Source: the human T2T-CHM13v2.0 reference genome, Homo sapiens
DNA length: 64,000 bases
NCBI GenBank assembly: GCA_009914755.4
Contig: CP086569.2
Span: forward strand, 4,096,001 to 4,160,000
Direction: 5' to 3'
Position 1 is the first letter of the stretch; each line of letters begins with the position of its first letter. The translations under genes were made by a program, and so were the position numbers. The notes beneath the pieces are model-generated. The model worked only from the letters and a program-made list of their open reading frames with translations. It searched no databases and had not been told where the DNA came from. This document shows, piece by piece, positions 1-17,104 of the stretch.

Positions 1-752
1 CACGTGTTCTCTTTTTTCAACTCCCATTTATGAGTAAGAACATGCAGCATTTGGTTTTCTGTTTCTGTGTTAGCCTGCTGAGAATGATGGTTTCCAGCTT
101 CATCCATGTCCCTGCAAAAGACATGAACTCATTCTTTTTCATAGCTGCATAGTATTCCATGGTATATATGCACCACATTTTCTTTATCCAGTCTATCATT
201 GATGGACATTTGGATTGGTTCCAAGTCTTCACTATTGTAAATTGTGCTGCAATAAACATACATGTGCATGTTTCTTTATAGTAGAATGATTTATAATCCT
301 TTGGGTAGATATGCAGTAATAGGATTGCTGGGTCAAATGGTATTTCTGGATCTAGATCATTGAGGAATTGCCACACTGCCTTCCACAATGGTTGAACTAA
401 TTTACACTCCCACCAACAGTGCAAAAGCATTCCATTTCTCCACATCGTCTCCAGCAACTGTTGCTATCTGACTTTTCATGATTGTCATTCTAACTGGCAT
501 GAGATGGTATCTCATTGTGGTTTTGATTTTTGTTTCTCTAATGACCAGTGATGACGAACTTTTTTTCATATGTTGTTGGCTGCATAAATGTCCTCTTTTG
601 AGAAGTATCTGTTCATATCCTTTGCCCAGTTTTTGATGGGATTGTTTTTTTCTTGTAAATTTGTTTATGCTTCTTATAGGTTCTGGATATTAGCCCCTCG
701 TCAGATGGATAGATTCCTAAAATGTTCTCCCATTCTGTAGGTTGCCTGTTCA
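1..752 (-). mobile_element. LINE-1 (L1PA-like), direct 3' segment of a 5'-inverted (twin-primed) element. It covers the ORF2 C-terminus and the start of the 3'UTR, and continues beyond the window start.
   Basis: The minus-strand ORF at 17-457 translates to the L1 ORF2 C-terminal and 3'UTR-encoded peptide (..[42 protein letters not shown]..). The reverse complement of 700-752 reads tgaacaggcaacctacagaatgggag, which is L1 ORF2 ..[11 protein letters not shown]. Confidence 0.85.
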
Positions 753-756
753 ATCA

Positions 757-1968
757 AAATATCCCAAAATAATAAGAGCTATTTATGACAAACCCATAGC
801 CAATATCATACTGAATGGGCAAAAGCTGGAAGCATTCTGTTTGAAAATTGGCACAAGACAAGGATGCTCTCTCTCATCACTCCTATTCAACATCATATTG
901 GAAGTTCTGGTCAGGGCTATCAGGCAAGAGAAAGAAATAGAGTATTCAAATAGGACAAGAGGAAGTAAAATCGTCTCTGTTTGTAGAAGACATGATTGTG
1001 TATTTAGAAAACCCCATTGTCTCAGCCCCAAAACTCCTTAAGCTGTTAAGAAACTTCAGTAAAGCCTCAGGATACAAAACCAATGTGCAAAAATCACAAG
1101 CATTCGTAAAATCCAATAATAGAAAAACAGAGAGCCAAATCATGAGTGAATTCCCATTCACAATTGCTACAAAAGAATAAAATACCTAGGAGTACAACTT
1201 ATAAGGGACATGAAGGACTGCTTTGAGGAGAACTACAAACCACTGCTCAAGGAAATAAGAGAGGACATAAACAAATAAAAAAAAATTCCATGCTCATGCA
1301 TAGGAAGAATCAATATCAAGAAAATGGCCATACTGCCCAGAGTAATTCACAGATTCAATGCTACTCCCATCAAGCTACCAGTGACTTTCTTCACAGAAAT
1401 TGAAAAAACTACTTTAAATTTTATATGGAACCAAAAGACCCCTATACCCAAGACAAACTTAAGCAAAAGGAACAAAGCTGGAGGCATCACACCACCTGAC
1501 TTCAAAGTATACTACAAGGCTACAGTAACCAAAACATCATGGCAATGGTACCAAACAGATATGTGGACCAATGGAACAGAACAGAGGCCTCAAAAATAAC
1601 ACCACACATCTACAACCATACGGTCTTCTACAAAGCTGACAAAAACAAGCAATGGGGAAAAATTTTCTTTTTTAATAAATGGTGCTGGGAAAACTGGCTA
1701 GCCATATGCAGAAAACTCAAACTGGACCCCTTCCTAACACCTTATAAAGAAATTAAGTCAAGATGAATTAAATACTTAAATGTAAAACCTGAAACCATAA
1801 ACACCCTTGAAAAAATTCTAGGCAATACCATTCAGGACCTAGGCATGGGCAAAGACTTCATGACTAAAACACCAAAAGCAAATGCACCCAAAGCCAATGT
1901 TGATGAATGGGATCAAATTAAAATAAAGAGCTTCTGCATAGCAAAAGAAACTATCATCAGAGTGAACA
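757..1968 (+). mobile_element. Inverted 5' segment of the same L1 (ORF2 RT region, about [10 protein letters not shown] .. KETIIRVN), degraded
   Basis: The plus-strand ORFs at 742-1041, 992-1180, 1324-1599 and 1539-1766 are frame-shifted pieces of L1 ORF2 ([17 protein letters not shown].., [12 protein letters not shown].., [13 protein letters not shown]..). The segment ends at ..atcagagtgaaca (1968), and the L1 sequence continues on the opposite strand at 752. Confidence 0.8.
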
Positions 1969-2138
1969 TGCATTTGAATTTTTAAATTTCTTTGGGTACT
2001 TCTGATATAAAGCCAAAATTGAAATCCTATCTTCTATGTCAGTAGAGATTACAACTAACTCTTCTTATGAGATAGAAATGACAATGGGGTAAATCACATT
2101 TTTTTTGAGAGAAGACTTTTCTAGAAATATTCACATTT

Positions 2139-3165
2139 GGGGAGTGGAGCCAAGATGGCCAAATAGGAAGAGCTCCAGTCTACAGCTCCTAGCCTGAGCA
2201 ACGCAGAAGATGAGTGATTTCTGCATTTCCAACTGAGGTACCGGGTTCATCTCACTGGGGAGTGCCGGACAATGGGTGCAGGACAGTGGGTGCAGCACAC
2301 CCTGCATAAGCCAAAGCAGGGCGAGGCATTGCCTCACCTGGGAAGCGTGAGGGGTCAGGGAATTCCCTTTACTAGTCAAAGAAAGGGGTGACAGATGGCA
2401 CCTGGAAAATCAGGTCACTCCCACCCTAATACTGCACTTTTCCAATGGGCTTAACAAACGGCACACCAGGAGATTATATCCTGCACCTGCTTTGGAGGGT
2501 CCTATGCGCATAGAGCCTCACTCATTGCTAGCACAGCAGTCTGAGATCAAACTGCAAGGCGGCAGCGAGGCTGGAGGAGGGGCGCCTGCCATTGCCCAGG
2601 CTTGAGTAGGTAAATAAAGCAGCCTGGAAGCTCGAACTGGGTGGAGCCCACCACAGCTCAAGGAGGACTGCCTGCCTCTGTAGGCTCCACCTCTGGGGGC
2701 AGGGCAAAGACAAACAAAAGACAGCAATCACCTCTGCAGACTTAAATGTCCCTGTCTGACAGCTTTGTAGAGAGTAGTGGTTCTCCCAGCATGCAGCTTG
2801 AGATCTGAGAACAGGCAGACTGCCTCCTCAAGTGGGACCCTGACCCCCGAGTAGCCTAACTGTGAGGAACCCCCAGTAGTGGCAGGCTGACACCTCACAC
2901 AGCTGGGTACTCCTGTGAGACAAAACTTCCAGAGGAACAATCAGGCAGCAGCATTTGTGGTTCACCAGTATCTGCTGTTCTGCAGCCACCGCTGCTGATA
3001 CCCAGGCAAACAGGGTCTGGAGTGGACCTCCAGTAAACTCCAACAGACCTGCAGCTGAGGGTCCTGACTGTTAGAAGGAAAATTAAAAAACAGAAAGGAC
3101 ATCCACACCAAAACCCATCTGTACGTCACCATCATCAAAGACCAAAGATAGAGAAAACCACAAAG
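2139..3165 (+). promoter_or_regulatory. L1PA 5'UTR, the element's internal Pol II sense promoter. The canonical L1 antisense promoter would lie around 2500-2750 on the minus strand.
   Basis: Co-linear with the L1 5'UTR consensus. It retains the ~130-bp block (..ctgggtactcctgtgagacaaaacttccagaggaac..ccaacagacctgcag) that, as I recall, is present in older L1PA subfamilies but deleted in L1HS. CpGs are heavily decayed to TpG/CpA. Confidence 0.7.
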
Positions 3166-4185
3166 ATGGAGAAAAAACAGAGCAGAAAAACTAGAAACTC
3201 TAAAAATCAGAGCACCTCTCCTCCTCCAAAGGAACACAGCTCCTCACCAGAAATGGAACAAAGCTGGATGGAGAATGACTTTGACGAGTTGAGAGAAGAA
3301 GGCTTCAGAAGATCAAACTACTCCAAACTAAAGAAAGAAGTTCGAACCAATGGCAAAGAAGTAAAAAACTTTGAAAAAAAAATTAGGTGAATGGATAACT
3401 AAAATAACCAATGCAGAGAAGTCCTTAAAGGACCTGATGAGGCTGAAAACAAGAACTGCTTGATGAATGCACAAGCCTCAGTAACCGATGCAATCAACTG
3501 GAAGAAAGGGTATCAGTGATGGAAGACAAAATGAATGAAATGAAGTGTAAAGAGAAGTTTAGAGAAAAAAGAATAAAAAGAAAAGAACAAAGCCTCCAAG
3601 AAATATGGGACTATGTGAAAAAACCAAATCTACATCTGATTGGTGTACCTGAAAGTGAAGGGGAGAATGGAACCGAGTTGGGAAACACTCTGCAGGATAT
3701 TATCCAGGAGAACTTCCCCAATCTAGCAAGGCAGGCCAACATTCAGATTCAGGAAATACAGAGAATGCCACAAAGATACTCCTTGAGAAGAGCAACTCCA
3801 AGTCCCATAATTGTCAGATTCACCAAAGTTGAAATGAAGGAAAAAATGTTAACGGCAGTCAGAGAGAAAGGTTGGGTTACCCACAAAGGGAAGCCCATCA
3901 GACTAACAGCTGATCTCTCGGCAGAAACTCTACAAGCCAGAAGAGAGTGGGGGCCAATATTCAACACTCTTAAAGAAAAGAATTATCAACTCAGAATTTC
4001 ATATCCAGCCAAAATAAATTTCATAAGTGAAGGAGAAATAAAATACTTTACAGACAAGCAAATGCTGAGAGATTTTGTCACCACCAGGCCTGCCCTAAAA
4101 GAGCTCCTGAAAGAAGCACTAAACATGGAAACATATCCAGCCACTGCAAAAACATGCCAAATTATAAAGACCATCAAGGCTAGGA
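3166..4185 (+). pseudogene. L1 ORF1 (ORF1p, RNA-binding chaperone) remnant, disrupted
   Basis: The ORF opens at 3166 and hits a premature tag at 3388. It resumes in another frame at 3516-4298 (..REKRIKRKEQSLQEIWDYVKKPNL..RFTKVEMKEKML..), so there is at least one frameshift. The normal ORF1 stop is lost, and the reading frame runs into the inter-ORF spacer. Confidence 0.8.
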
Positions 4186-4230
4186 AGAAACTGCATCAAC
4201 TAATGAGTAAAATAACCAGCTACTATCATA

Positions 4231-8062
<3,832 letters not shown>

Positions 8063-8699
8063 ACAATGAGAACACATGGACACAGGAAGGGGAACATCAC
8101 ACACCGGGGACTGTTGTGGGGTCAGGGGAGGGGTGAGGGATAACATTAGGAGATATACCTAATGCTAAATGACTAGTTGGTGGGTGCAGCACACCAACAT
8201 GGCACATGTATACATATGTAACAAACCCGTACGTTGTGCACATGTACCCTGAAACTTAAAGTATATTAAAAAAAGAACGTAACACTAAAAAAAAAAAAAT
8301 TCACACTCTTTGAAAAATATTTAACCAAATAATTTGATATTATCTGTAGAATTTTTAGAATTATTTAAGCTTTGAAGTCAGAAAGACTCTTTATTCATTC
8401 ATGCAATGTGTTTTTGAGATTGTCAGTTTTTAAGGTTCAGTGGTAGAACTAAATCTGGAAAAGAAAACAGCATAGGAACAATGTTTGCAGAAAGAACTGC
8501 TACTCTTATCAGAATATTCTATCTTTATTCACTCTAGCTGGTAGACACCAACAAACTTCAGTTTCCATAAATAACATAGAATGTAGAATTTTCAGGTCCT
8601 GGTAGAAACTACTATTAACTAGGACTTCAACAAGAAACAAAAAATTAGCATAAAAACATCAATTAGCTGAATATGAACACATATGAATGAACGAAGTAT

Positions 8700-11600
8700 T
8701 TTTTTTTCATCATGGGCTGCTAAAACCCCTATTTTTTTAACATAAAATTTTAATTGTTTGGGGAACAGGTGGTTTTTGACTACATGGATAAGTAATTTAA
8801 TGGTAATTTCTGAGACTTTGGTACACCTGTCAAAAGAGTGTATACACTGTACCCAAAGTGTAGTCTTTTATCCCTCCCTTCCCCACATTTCCTTGAGTCC
8901 CCAATGTCCATTATATCATTCTTTTGCCTTTGCATCCTCATAGCTTAGCTCCCAATTATAAGTAAGAACAGATAATATTTGGTTTTTGATTCCTGAGTTA
9001 CTTCACTTAGAATAATGGCCTCCAGTTCCATCCAAGTTGATGCAAAATTCATTATTTCATTCCTTTTTATGGCTGAGTAGTATTTCATGGTGTATGTCTA
9101 TCACATTTTCTTTATCCACTCAGTGGTTGATGGGTATTTAGGGTGGTTCCATATTTTTGTAATTAGGAATTGTCCTGCTATAAATATGCGTGTGTAAGTG
9201 TCTTTTTCATATAATGACTTCTTTTCCTCTGGGTGGATACACAGCAGGGGGACTGCAGGATCAAATGGTAGTTCTACTTTTAGTTGTTTAAGGAATCTCC
9301 ATACTGTTTTTTCATAGTAGTTGTGCTAATTTACATTCTCACCAGCAGTGTAAAAGTGTCCCCTTTTCACCACATGCATACCAACATCTATTTTTTTTTA
9401 TTTATGACCACTTTTGCAGGAGTAAAGTGATATTTCATTGTAATTTTAATTTGCATTAACCTGATAATTCATGATGTTGAGAATTTCTAAAATGTTTGTT
9501 GGCCATTTGTATATCTTCTTTTGAAAATTGTTTATTCATACCTTTGCCTATTTTTGATGAGATCATTTTTTTTCTTGCTGATTTGTTTGAGTTCATTGTA
9601 GATTCTGGATATTAGTCCTTTGTTGGATGCATAGTTTGGGAATATTTTCTCACCTAGTCTGTGGGTTGTCTGTTTGTTGATTATTTCTTTTGCTGTGCAG
9701 AAGATTTTAGTTTAATTACATCTCATTTGTTTGTTTTTGTTGCATTTGCTATTGTGTTCTTGGTCATGAATTCTTTGCCTAAGACAATGTCTAGAAGAGT
9801 TTTTCTGATGTTATCTTCCAGAATTTTTATAGCCTCAGGACTTAGATTTAAGTCTTTGATCCATCTTGATTTGATTTTTGTATAAGGTGGAGCTAAGAAT
9901 CCAGTTTCATTCTTCTACATGTGGCTTGCTAATTATCCCAGAACCATTTGTTGAATAAGATGTCCTTTCCCCACTTTAAGTTTTTGTTTGTTTTGTTGAT
10001 GATCAGTTGGTGTAAGTATTTGGCTTTATATCTGGGTTCTCTATTCTGTTCAACCACTCTACATGCCTATTTTTATACGAGGACTATGCTGTTTTGTTAA
10101 CTATATCCTTGTAGTATAGCTTGAATTTGAGTAATATGATGCCTCCAGATTTGCTCTTTTTGCTTAGTCTTTCTAGGCTATGTGGGTTCTTTTTGGTTCT
10201 GTATAAATTTTAGGATTTTTTTCTAATTTTGTGAAGAATGATGATGGTACTTTGATGGTAATTGCATTGAATCTGTAGATTGCTTTTGGCCATATGGTCA
10301 TTTTCACAATATTGATTCTACCCATTCATGAGCATGAGAAGTGTTTTCATTTGTTTGTGTTGTTGGTAATTTCTTTCAGCAGTGTTTTGTAGTTTTCCTT
10401 GTAAAGATCCTTTACCTTCTTTGTTAGGTATATTTCTAGTATTTTGTAAAATTTTTTTGTAGCCCTTGTAAAAGGGATTGAGTTCTTAATTTGTTTCTCA
10501 GCTTGTTTATTTTTGGTGTATTGCAGTGCTATTAATTTGTGTACACTGATTTTGTATCCTGAAACTGTACTGAATTCATTTATCAGATCTAGAAACTTTT
10601 TGGATGAGTCTTTAGGGTTTTCTAGGTATATGATCCTAGCATCAGTGAACGGCAACAGTTTGACTTCCTCTTTCCCAATGTGGATGCCTTTCATTTCACT
10701 CTCTTGTCTAATTGCTCTGGCAAAGACTCCCACTACTATGTTCAATAGAAGTAATCAAACTGGGTATCCTTGTTTTGTTCCAGTTCTCAGGAGGAATGCT
10801 TTCAACTTTTCCGCATTTAGTATAATGTTGGCTGTGGTTGTCATAGATGGCTTTTGTTACCTTGAGGTGTGTCCCTCCTATACCAATTTTGCTGAGGGTT
10901 TTAATCATAAAGGGATATGCTAGATTTTGTCAAATGCTTTTTCTGCATCTGTTGGGATGATTATATACTTATTGTTTTTAATTCTGTGTATGCGATATAT
11001 GACATTTATTGATTTGCATATGTTCAAACATCCCTGCATCCCTGGTATAAAACCCACTTGATCATGGTGAATTATCTTTCTGATATGCTGTTGGATTTGG
11101 TTAGCTAGCATTTTGTTGAAGATTTTTCTATCTATGTTCATTAGGGATATTGATCTGTAGTTTTCATTTTTTGTTATGTCCTTTTCTGGTTTTAAAATTA
11201 CAGTAATACAAGCTTCATAGAATGATTCAGGGAGGAGTCCCTCTTTCTCTAAATTTTGAAATAGTTTCAGTAAGATTGGTATCAATTCTTCTTTGAATGT
11301 CTGATACAATTCAACTGTGAATCAATTTGGTCCTGAGTTTGTCAGCAATTTTTTAAATTACTGTTTCAATCTAGCTACTTGTCATTGGTCTATTCAGAGC
11401 CTCTATTTCTTCCTGATTTAATCTGAGAGGGAGTTATATATTTCCAACAATTTATCTGTGTCCTTTAAATTTTCTACTTTGTGTGTAAAGGTGTTCATAG
11501 TACGCTTGAATGAACTTTTGTATTTCTCTGGTATCAGTTGTAACATCTAATTGAGCTTATTTGATTCTTCTCTCTTCTTTTCTTGGTTAATCTCACTGAT

Positions 11601-14600
11601 GGTTTATTAATTTTATTTATCTTTTCAAATAACCAGCTTTATTTAGCTTTTCTATCTTTTTATTGTTGTTTCAATTTTATCTAGTTCTACTCTGTTCTTT
11701 GTTAGTTCCTTCGTTCTGCTGGGTTTGGGTTTGGTATGTTCTTGCTTCTCTAGTTCCTTAAGGTGTGACCTTAGATTGTTGCTATTTTTGCTCTTTCAGA
11801 CTCTTGGATGTAGGCATTTAATGCTATAAACCTTTAGCACCACTTTTGCTGTATTCCAGAGGTTTTAATAAGTTTTATCACTATTAGATTCAGTTCAAAA
11901 AAAATTTTAATATTTATCTTGATTTCATTTTTGACCCAAAGATCCTTCAAAAGCAGATTATTTAATTTTCATATATTTTCATAATTTTGAGGGTTTGCTT
12001 TAGAGTTAATTTCCAGTTTTATTCCACAGTGGTCTAAGTGGATACTTGATATAATTTTCATTTTTTTATTTTATTGAGATTTCTTTTGTGACTTGTCATA
12101 TGGTCTGTCTTGGAGAATGTTCACATGGTAAAGAAAAGAATGTACATTTTGTCATTTCTGGGTAGAATATTCTGTAAATATCTGTTAAGTTATTTAGTTC
12201 TAGTGTATAATTTAAGTCAATTTTTTATTGTTGGCTCTTTTTTTGATGACCTGCCTAGTGCTGTCAGTGGCGTATTGGAGTGCCCTGCTGTTATTGTGTC
12301 ACCATCTATCTCATTTCTTAAGTCTGGTATTAATTGTTTTGTAAGTTTGGAAGCTCCAGTGTTAGGTGCATATATATTTAGGATTGTGACACTGTCTTGC
12401 TTGACTATTCTTTTTATTGTTATATAATGTCCCTCTTTGTCTTTTTTACTGTTGCTGCTTTAAAGTCTATTTTGTCTGATATAAAAATAGCTGTTTATGC
12501 TTGCTTTTGGTTTCCATGTGCATGAATTTTTTTTATCCCTTTACCTGAAATTTATGTGAGTTCTTATGTGTTAAGTGAGTCTCTTGAAAACAGCAGATAC
12601 TTGATTGGTGAATTTATATCCATTCTGCCACTCTGTATCTTGTAAATTAATCATTTAAGGCATCTACATTCAACATTAATATAGAGATGTGAGGTATTGT
12701 TCTATTCTTCATGTTATTTGTTGCCTAATATCTTGTTTTTTTTTTCTCATTATGTTATTGTTTCATAGGCCCTGTGAGATTTATGCTTTAAGGAGGATCT
12801 ATTTTGGTGTATTTTGAGAGTTTGTTTCAAGATTTAGAACTCCTTTTAGCATTTCTTGTAGTGCTGGCTTAGTAGTGGTGAATTATCTTAGCATTTATTT
12901 GTCTGAAAAAGAATTTATTTCTCCTTCATTTATGAAGCTTAGTGTTGCTGGAACAAATTTCTTGTCTAATAATTATTTTGTTTCAGGAGGCTAAAAATAG
13001 AACCCCAATTCCTTTTGGCTTGTAAGCTTTCTTCTGAGAAATCTGCTGTTAATCTGATAGGTTTTCCTTTATATGTTATTTGATGCTTTTGTCTCTCAGC
13101 CCTTAAAATTCTTCCCTTCATCTTGACTTTAGATAACCTGATTAATATGTCTAGGTGGTTATTTTTTTTTATAACTTTCTCATGTGTTCTTTGAGCTTCT
13201 TGTATTTGGATGTCTAGATCTCTAGCAAGATCAAGGAAGTTTTCCTCAATTATTCACTCAAATAAGTTTTCCAACCTTTAGATTTCTCCTCTTCCTCAGG
13301 AACTTCAATTATTTTTGTTTGGCCCCTTAACATAATCACAGATTACTTGGAGGCTTTATCATTTTTTCTTCTATTATGTTTTACTTGTTTTTATCTGACT
13401 GTGTTAATTTAAAAGCTTTGTCTTTGAGCTCTGAAATTGTTTCTTCTCCTTGTTCTAGTCCATTGTTGAAACTTTCCACTGCATTTTGTATCCCCCTAAG
13501 TGTGTCTTTCATTTCCAGAAGTTGTCATTGCTTTTTTTTACATGATGACATAATTTTAATCTATATGCTGTATTTTTTCAACTTCTTTAAGTTGTGTTTT
13601 ACCTTTCTCTGTTATCTCCTTGAGTAGCTTAATAATCAACCTTCTGAATTCTTTATCTAGCAATTCAGAAGTTTCTTTTTTGTTTGAATGGATTGCTGGA
13701 AACCTGGTGTGATGTTTTGGAGGTGTTATAGAACCCTGTTTTGTCATACTACCAGAATTACTTTTCTGATTCATTCTCATTTGGGTATATTATATCAGTG
13801 GAGAGATCTGAAACTCAAAGCCTGCTCTTTAGATTCTCTTGTCCCACAGGGTGATCCCTTGATGTGGTGCTGTCCTCCTTCCTCTTGGGATGAGGCTTCC
13901 TGAGAGTTGGACTGCAGTGATTGTTTTTGTTCTTCTGGGTCTAGCCACTCAGCAGGACTACCAGACTTGGCTGGTGCTGCTGGATATCTACAAAGAGTCC
14001 TGTGATGTGATCCGTCTTCAAGTCTCCCAGCTGTGGATACCAGCACCTGCTCTGGTAGAGGTGACAGGGAAGTGAAGTAGACTCTATGAGAATCCTTGGT
14101 TGTAGACATGTTTAGTGTGCTTGCTTTCTTGAATGCTTGTTATGTTAGCAGTGAAGTTGTCACATGGACATACTAAAGACCTCTAGTTAGCCAGGATGCT
14201 ATGAGCAGTGAAATTAGGTGTTCTGTTCTCCTGCCTGGAATCAGGGTTGTTCTGTCATGAGTTGCTGTAATGGCCTGAGTTGGTTGACCTCCAACTAGGA
14301 GGTGGCACTTTCAAGATAGCACCAGCTGTGGTAGTAGTAGGGGGCCCTAAGCTTGCCCTAAGATGGCCAGAGTAAGTGTTTTGGTTTGTCAAGTAATAGG
14401 CAGGGCCATAAAGCTCCCCAAATGTCTATGTTTTCTGTTTGTCTACCATGTCAGGAAGGGAAATACCATCAGGTAGTGACAGGGCTAGACAGATCTGGGG
14501 TCAGACTCTCCTTGGGTGAGTTTGCCATGACCACTGTGGGAGATGGTTGGGGGTGGTCCTCAGGCCAATCATGTTGTGTTCCAGAGGGCATCTTGGCCAC

Positions 14601-14900
14601 CTCTTCCGTGTCATATAGTTCACCAGTGAATGGGGAATAGCCAGTAGCAAGAGGCCTTACCCAGCTCCGCCATAGTTTGTGAGGCCAATATCGCTCCTGC
14701 AGTGTCCTACACACATCTTGCCCCAGCCTGTGAGCTACCCCACTGAGAAAGCAAGCATGGCTTTCAGACCTTACCCTACCCTGTCTGCCCACTCCATCGG
14801 TGTCAGTTTCTGAGTTCCTAAGCTCGTTCACAGCCGCAGCAGCCCCTGCTTCTCCCCAAGGCTCCACTCAAGAAAATTTGTGTCCATCAAAACCACTACC
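8700..14900 (-). mobile_element. Older near full-length LINE-1 (L1PB/L1MA-like). Its 3' end with poly(T) on the plus strand lies at about 8700-8745. The 5' boundary is approximate.
   Basis: 8758-9360 is the antisense of the L1 3'UTR and ORF2 C-terminus (ggaacaggtggtttttgactacatggataagtaa..). The minus-strand ORFs at 10347-10745 and 10920-11309 translate to the ORF2 RT (..[17 protein letters not shown].., ..[15 protein letters not shown]..). The minus-strand ORF at 13556-13780 matches an ORF1-like peptide of old L1s. Upstream antisense 5'UTR-like sequence runs to about 14900. Confidence 0.7.
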
Positions 14901-15687
14901 AATTTCAGTTGGAAGCTCCCTTTGCCTGTGACCCCAGGATGGTGTTCGATGCATTGTAAGATAATTAGCTGCATCTCTAACCTCTACACATTAAAAGTCA
15001 GTAAACCCTGCTCACTCCCCATTCCTTGTTATTTTATCCTAGCTTGGTGCAACAATCAAAATGTTTCCAGATTTTACCAAGTGTTTCCTGAAGCACCAAA
15101 ATAACCCTCGATTATTTCTTTTTACTATTTTTCCACAAGTTAACATTCTGTGAAAACTTTAAGGCTCTTGGAAAATAAATAATGTGCAGAAACTCTTCTC
15201 TGTGTAGTAATTCACTGTCTCTGAAAGTCTTTTATTCCATTTGCGTAGCAACCTGTCTTAATTGGTATGTTCTCTTCTCTACTCTTTTCCTGCTTTCTTC
15301 AATGATCTGATTTGAAATTCTTAAGCAGAAAATAAGTTTTCAATTTGAATGAATTTTTGCAAGTTATAAATACCTAAAATTAAGAGTTTATAATGGAAAT
15401 ACCAACACAACCTCAAATTTAGCAGTGTGAGGATCACCAATATAAAAAATCCATCACTTGTCTTCTATATCTGTCACAGTTCTATAAATCAAATTATTGA
15501 AAGGTAAATTATGTTTTAAAAGATTTTTTCATAAATCAGCTATGCATGTAGACACTGTTGATTATATTTTGGCAGTAAATCCTGTTGTTCATGGACATAT
15601 TCTTGTGCTAGTTATATAAAAATTACCTAAAATTATATGTCAGGAGCATTTCAAAATATATCTTCTGAACATAATTCTTACAATATC

Positions 15688-15990
<303 letters not shown>

Positions 15991-16403
15991 ATAATTATTA
16001 CAATATCGTTTTGTCTTAGAGCACTTGGAAGAGAAAAACAAATGTGTAAGATAGAAAGTTCCTCAATTGTTTCATTATTATATTCAGTACAAAGACCTTC
16101 TCACTTTAACCATAAAGATGTTATGTATGGAATATCTGACTAAATATATTTTATAGCCAGTCAACAAACAAACAAAAAAAAACACTCAGCAAACCAAACA
16201 TAAAAGGAATGCATGACTTCTCTACTGACCAACTCAAAAATGTAAAGTAATTATATACTTGTAATGAACACATTTATATTTTCAGAGTACGTTATAAGTG
16301 AAAAAATTTACAAAGTGTTAAAATATCAGCAGGAAATTATTGACCTTGACTATTTTATTTATTAATTGAAAACAATCTAGTTTATGTCATTAAAAACAAT
16401 TCA

Positions 16404-16712
16404 GACTGGGCACAGTAACTCACACCTGCAATCTCACCACTTTGGGAGGCTGAGGCGAGAAGATTACTTGAGGCCAGAAGTTTGAGACCAGTCTGAGCAA
16501 CAGAGTAATACCCCATCGCTACAATAAAAAAATTAAAAAATAGCTGGACATGTTGGCATTTTCCTGTAGTCCTAGCAACTTGAGAAGCTGAGGTGGGGGG
16601 ATTACTTGAATCCAGAAGGTCAAGGCTGCAGTAGGCTATGATTATGACACTGCACTCCAGCCTGGGTGACAGAGTATGACCCTGTCTTTTAAGAGAAAAA
16701 AGAAACAACAGG
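16404..16712 (+). mobile_element. Alu (older, AluJ-like) SINE
   Basis: cagactgggcacagtaactcacacctgcaatctcaccactttgggaggctgagg ... caaggctgcagtaggctatgattatgacactgcactccagcctgggtgacagag, followed by an A-rich tail. The minus-strand ORF at 16382-16717 is an artefact of the Alu. Confidence 0.85.
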
Positions 16713-16730
16713 AACAATTCAAATTTTATA

Positions 16731-17104
16731 TGTATGAGTCCATTCTCATGCTGCTCTAAAAAAAAAAAATACCCAAGACTGAGTAATTTATAAAGAAAAG
16801 AGGTTTAATTGACTCACACTTACACATTGCTTGGGATGTCTCAGGAAATTTACCATCATGGTGGAAGGCAATGGAGAAACAGGCACCTTCTTCACAGGGC
16901 AGCAGGATAGAGTAAGTGCAAGTAGGGGAAATGCCAGATGCTTATAAAAACATCAGATCTCATGAGAACTAATTCACTGTCACCAGAACAGCATGGAGGA
17001 TCCTGCCCCCATGATCCAATCACTGTCCCTCTCATGACATCTGGGGATTATGGAGGTTATAATTCAAGATGAGATTTGGGTGGGAACACAGCCAAACCAT
17101 ATTA
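16731..17104 (-). mobile_element. THE1-type (ERVL-MaLR) solo LTR
   Basis: The reverse complement matches the THE1 LTR consensus as I recall it, from tgatatggtttggctgtgttcccacccaaatctcatcttgaattataacctccat.. to ..ctttataaattactcagtcttgggta. Confidence 0.8.
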
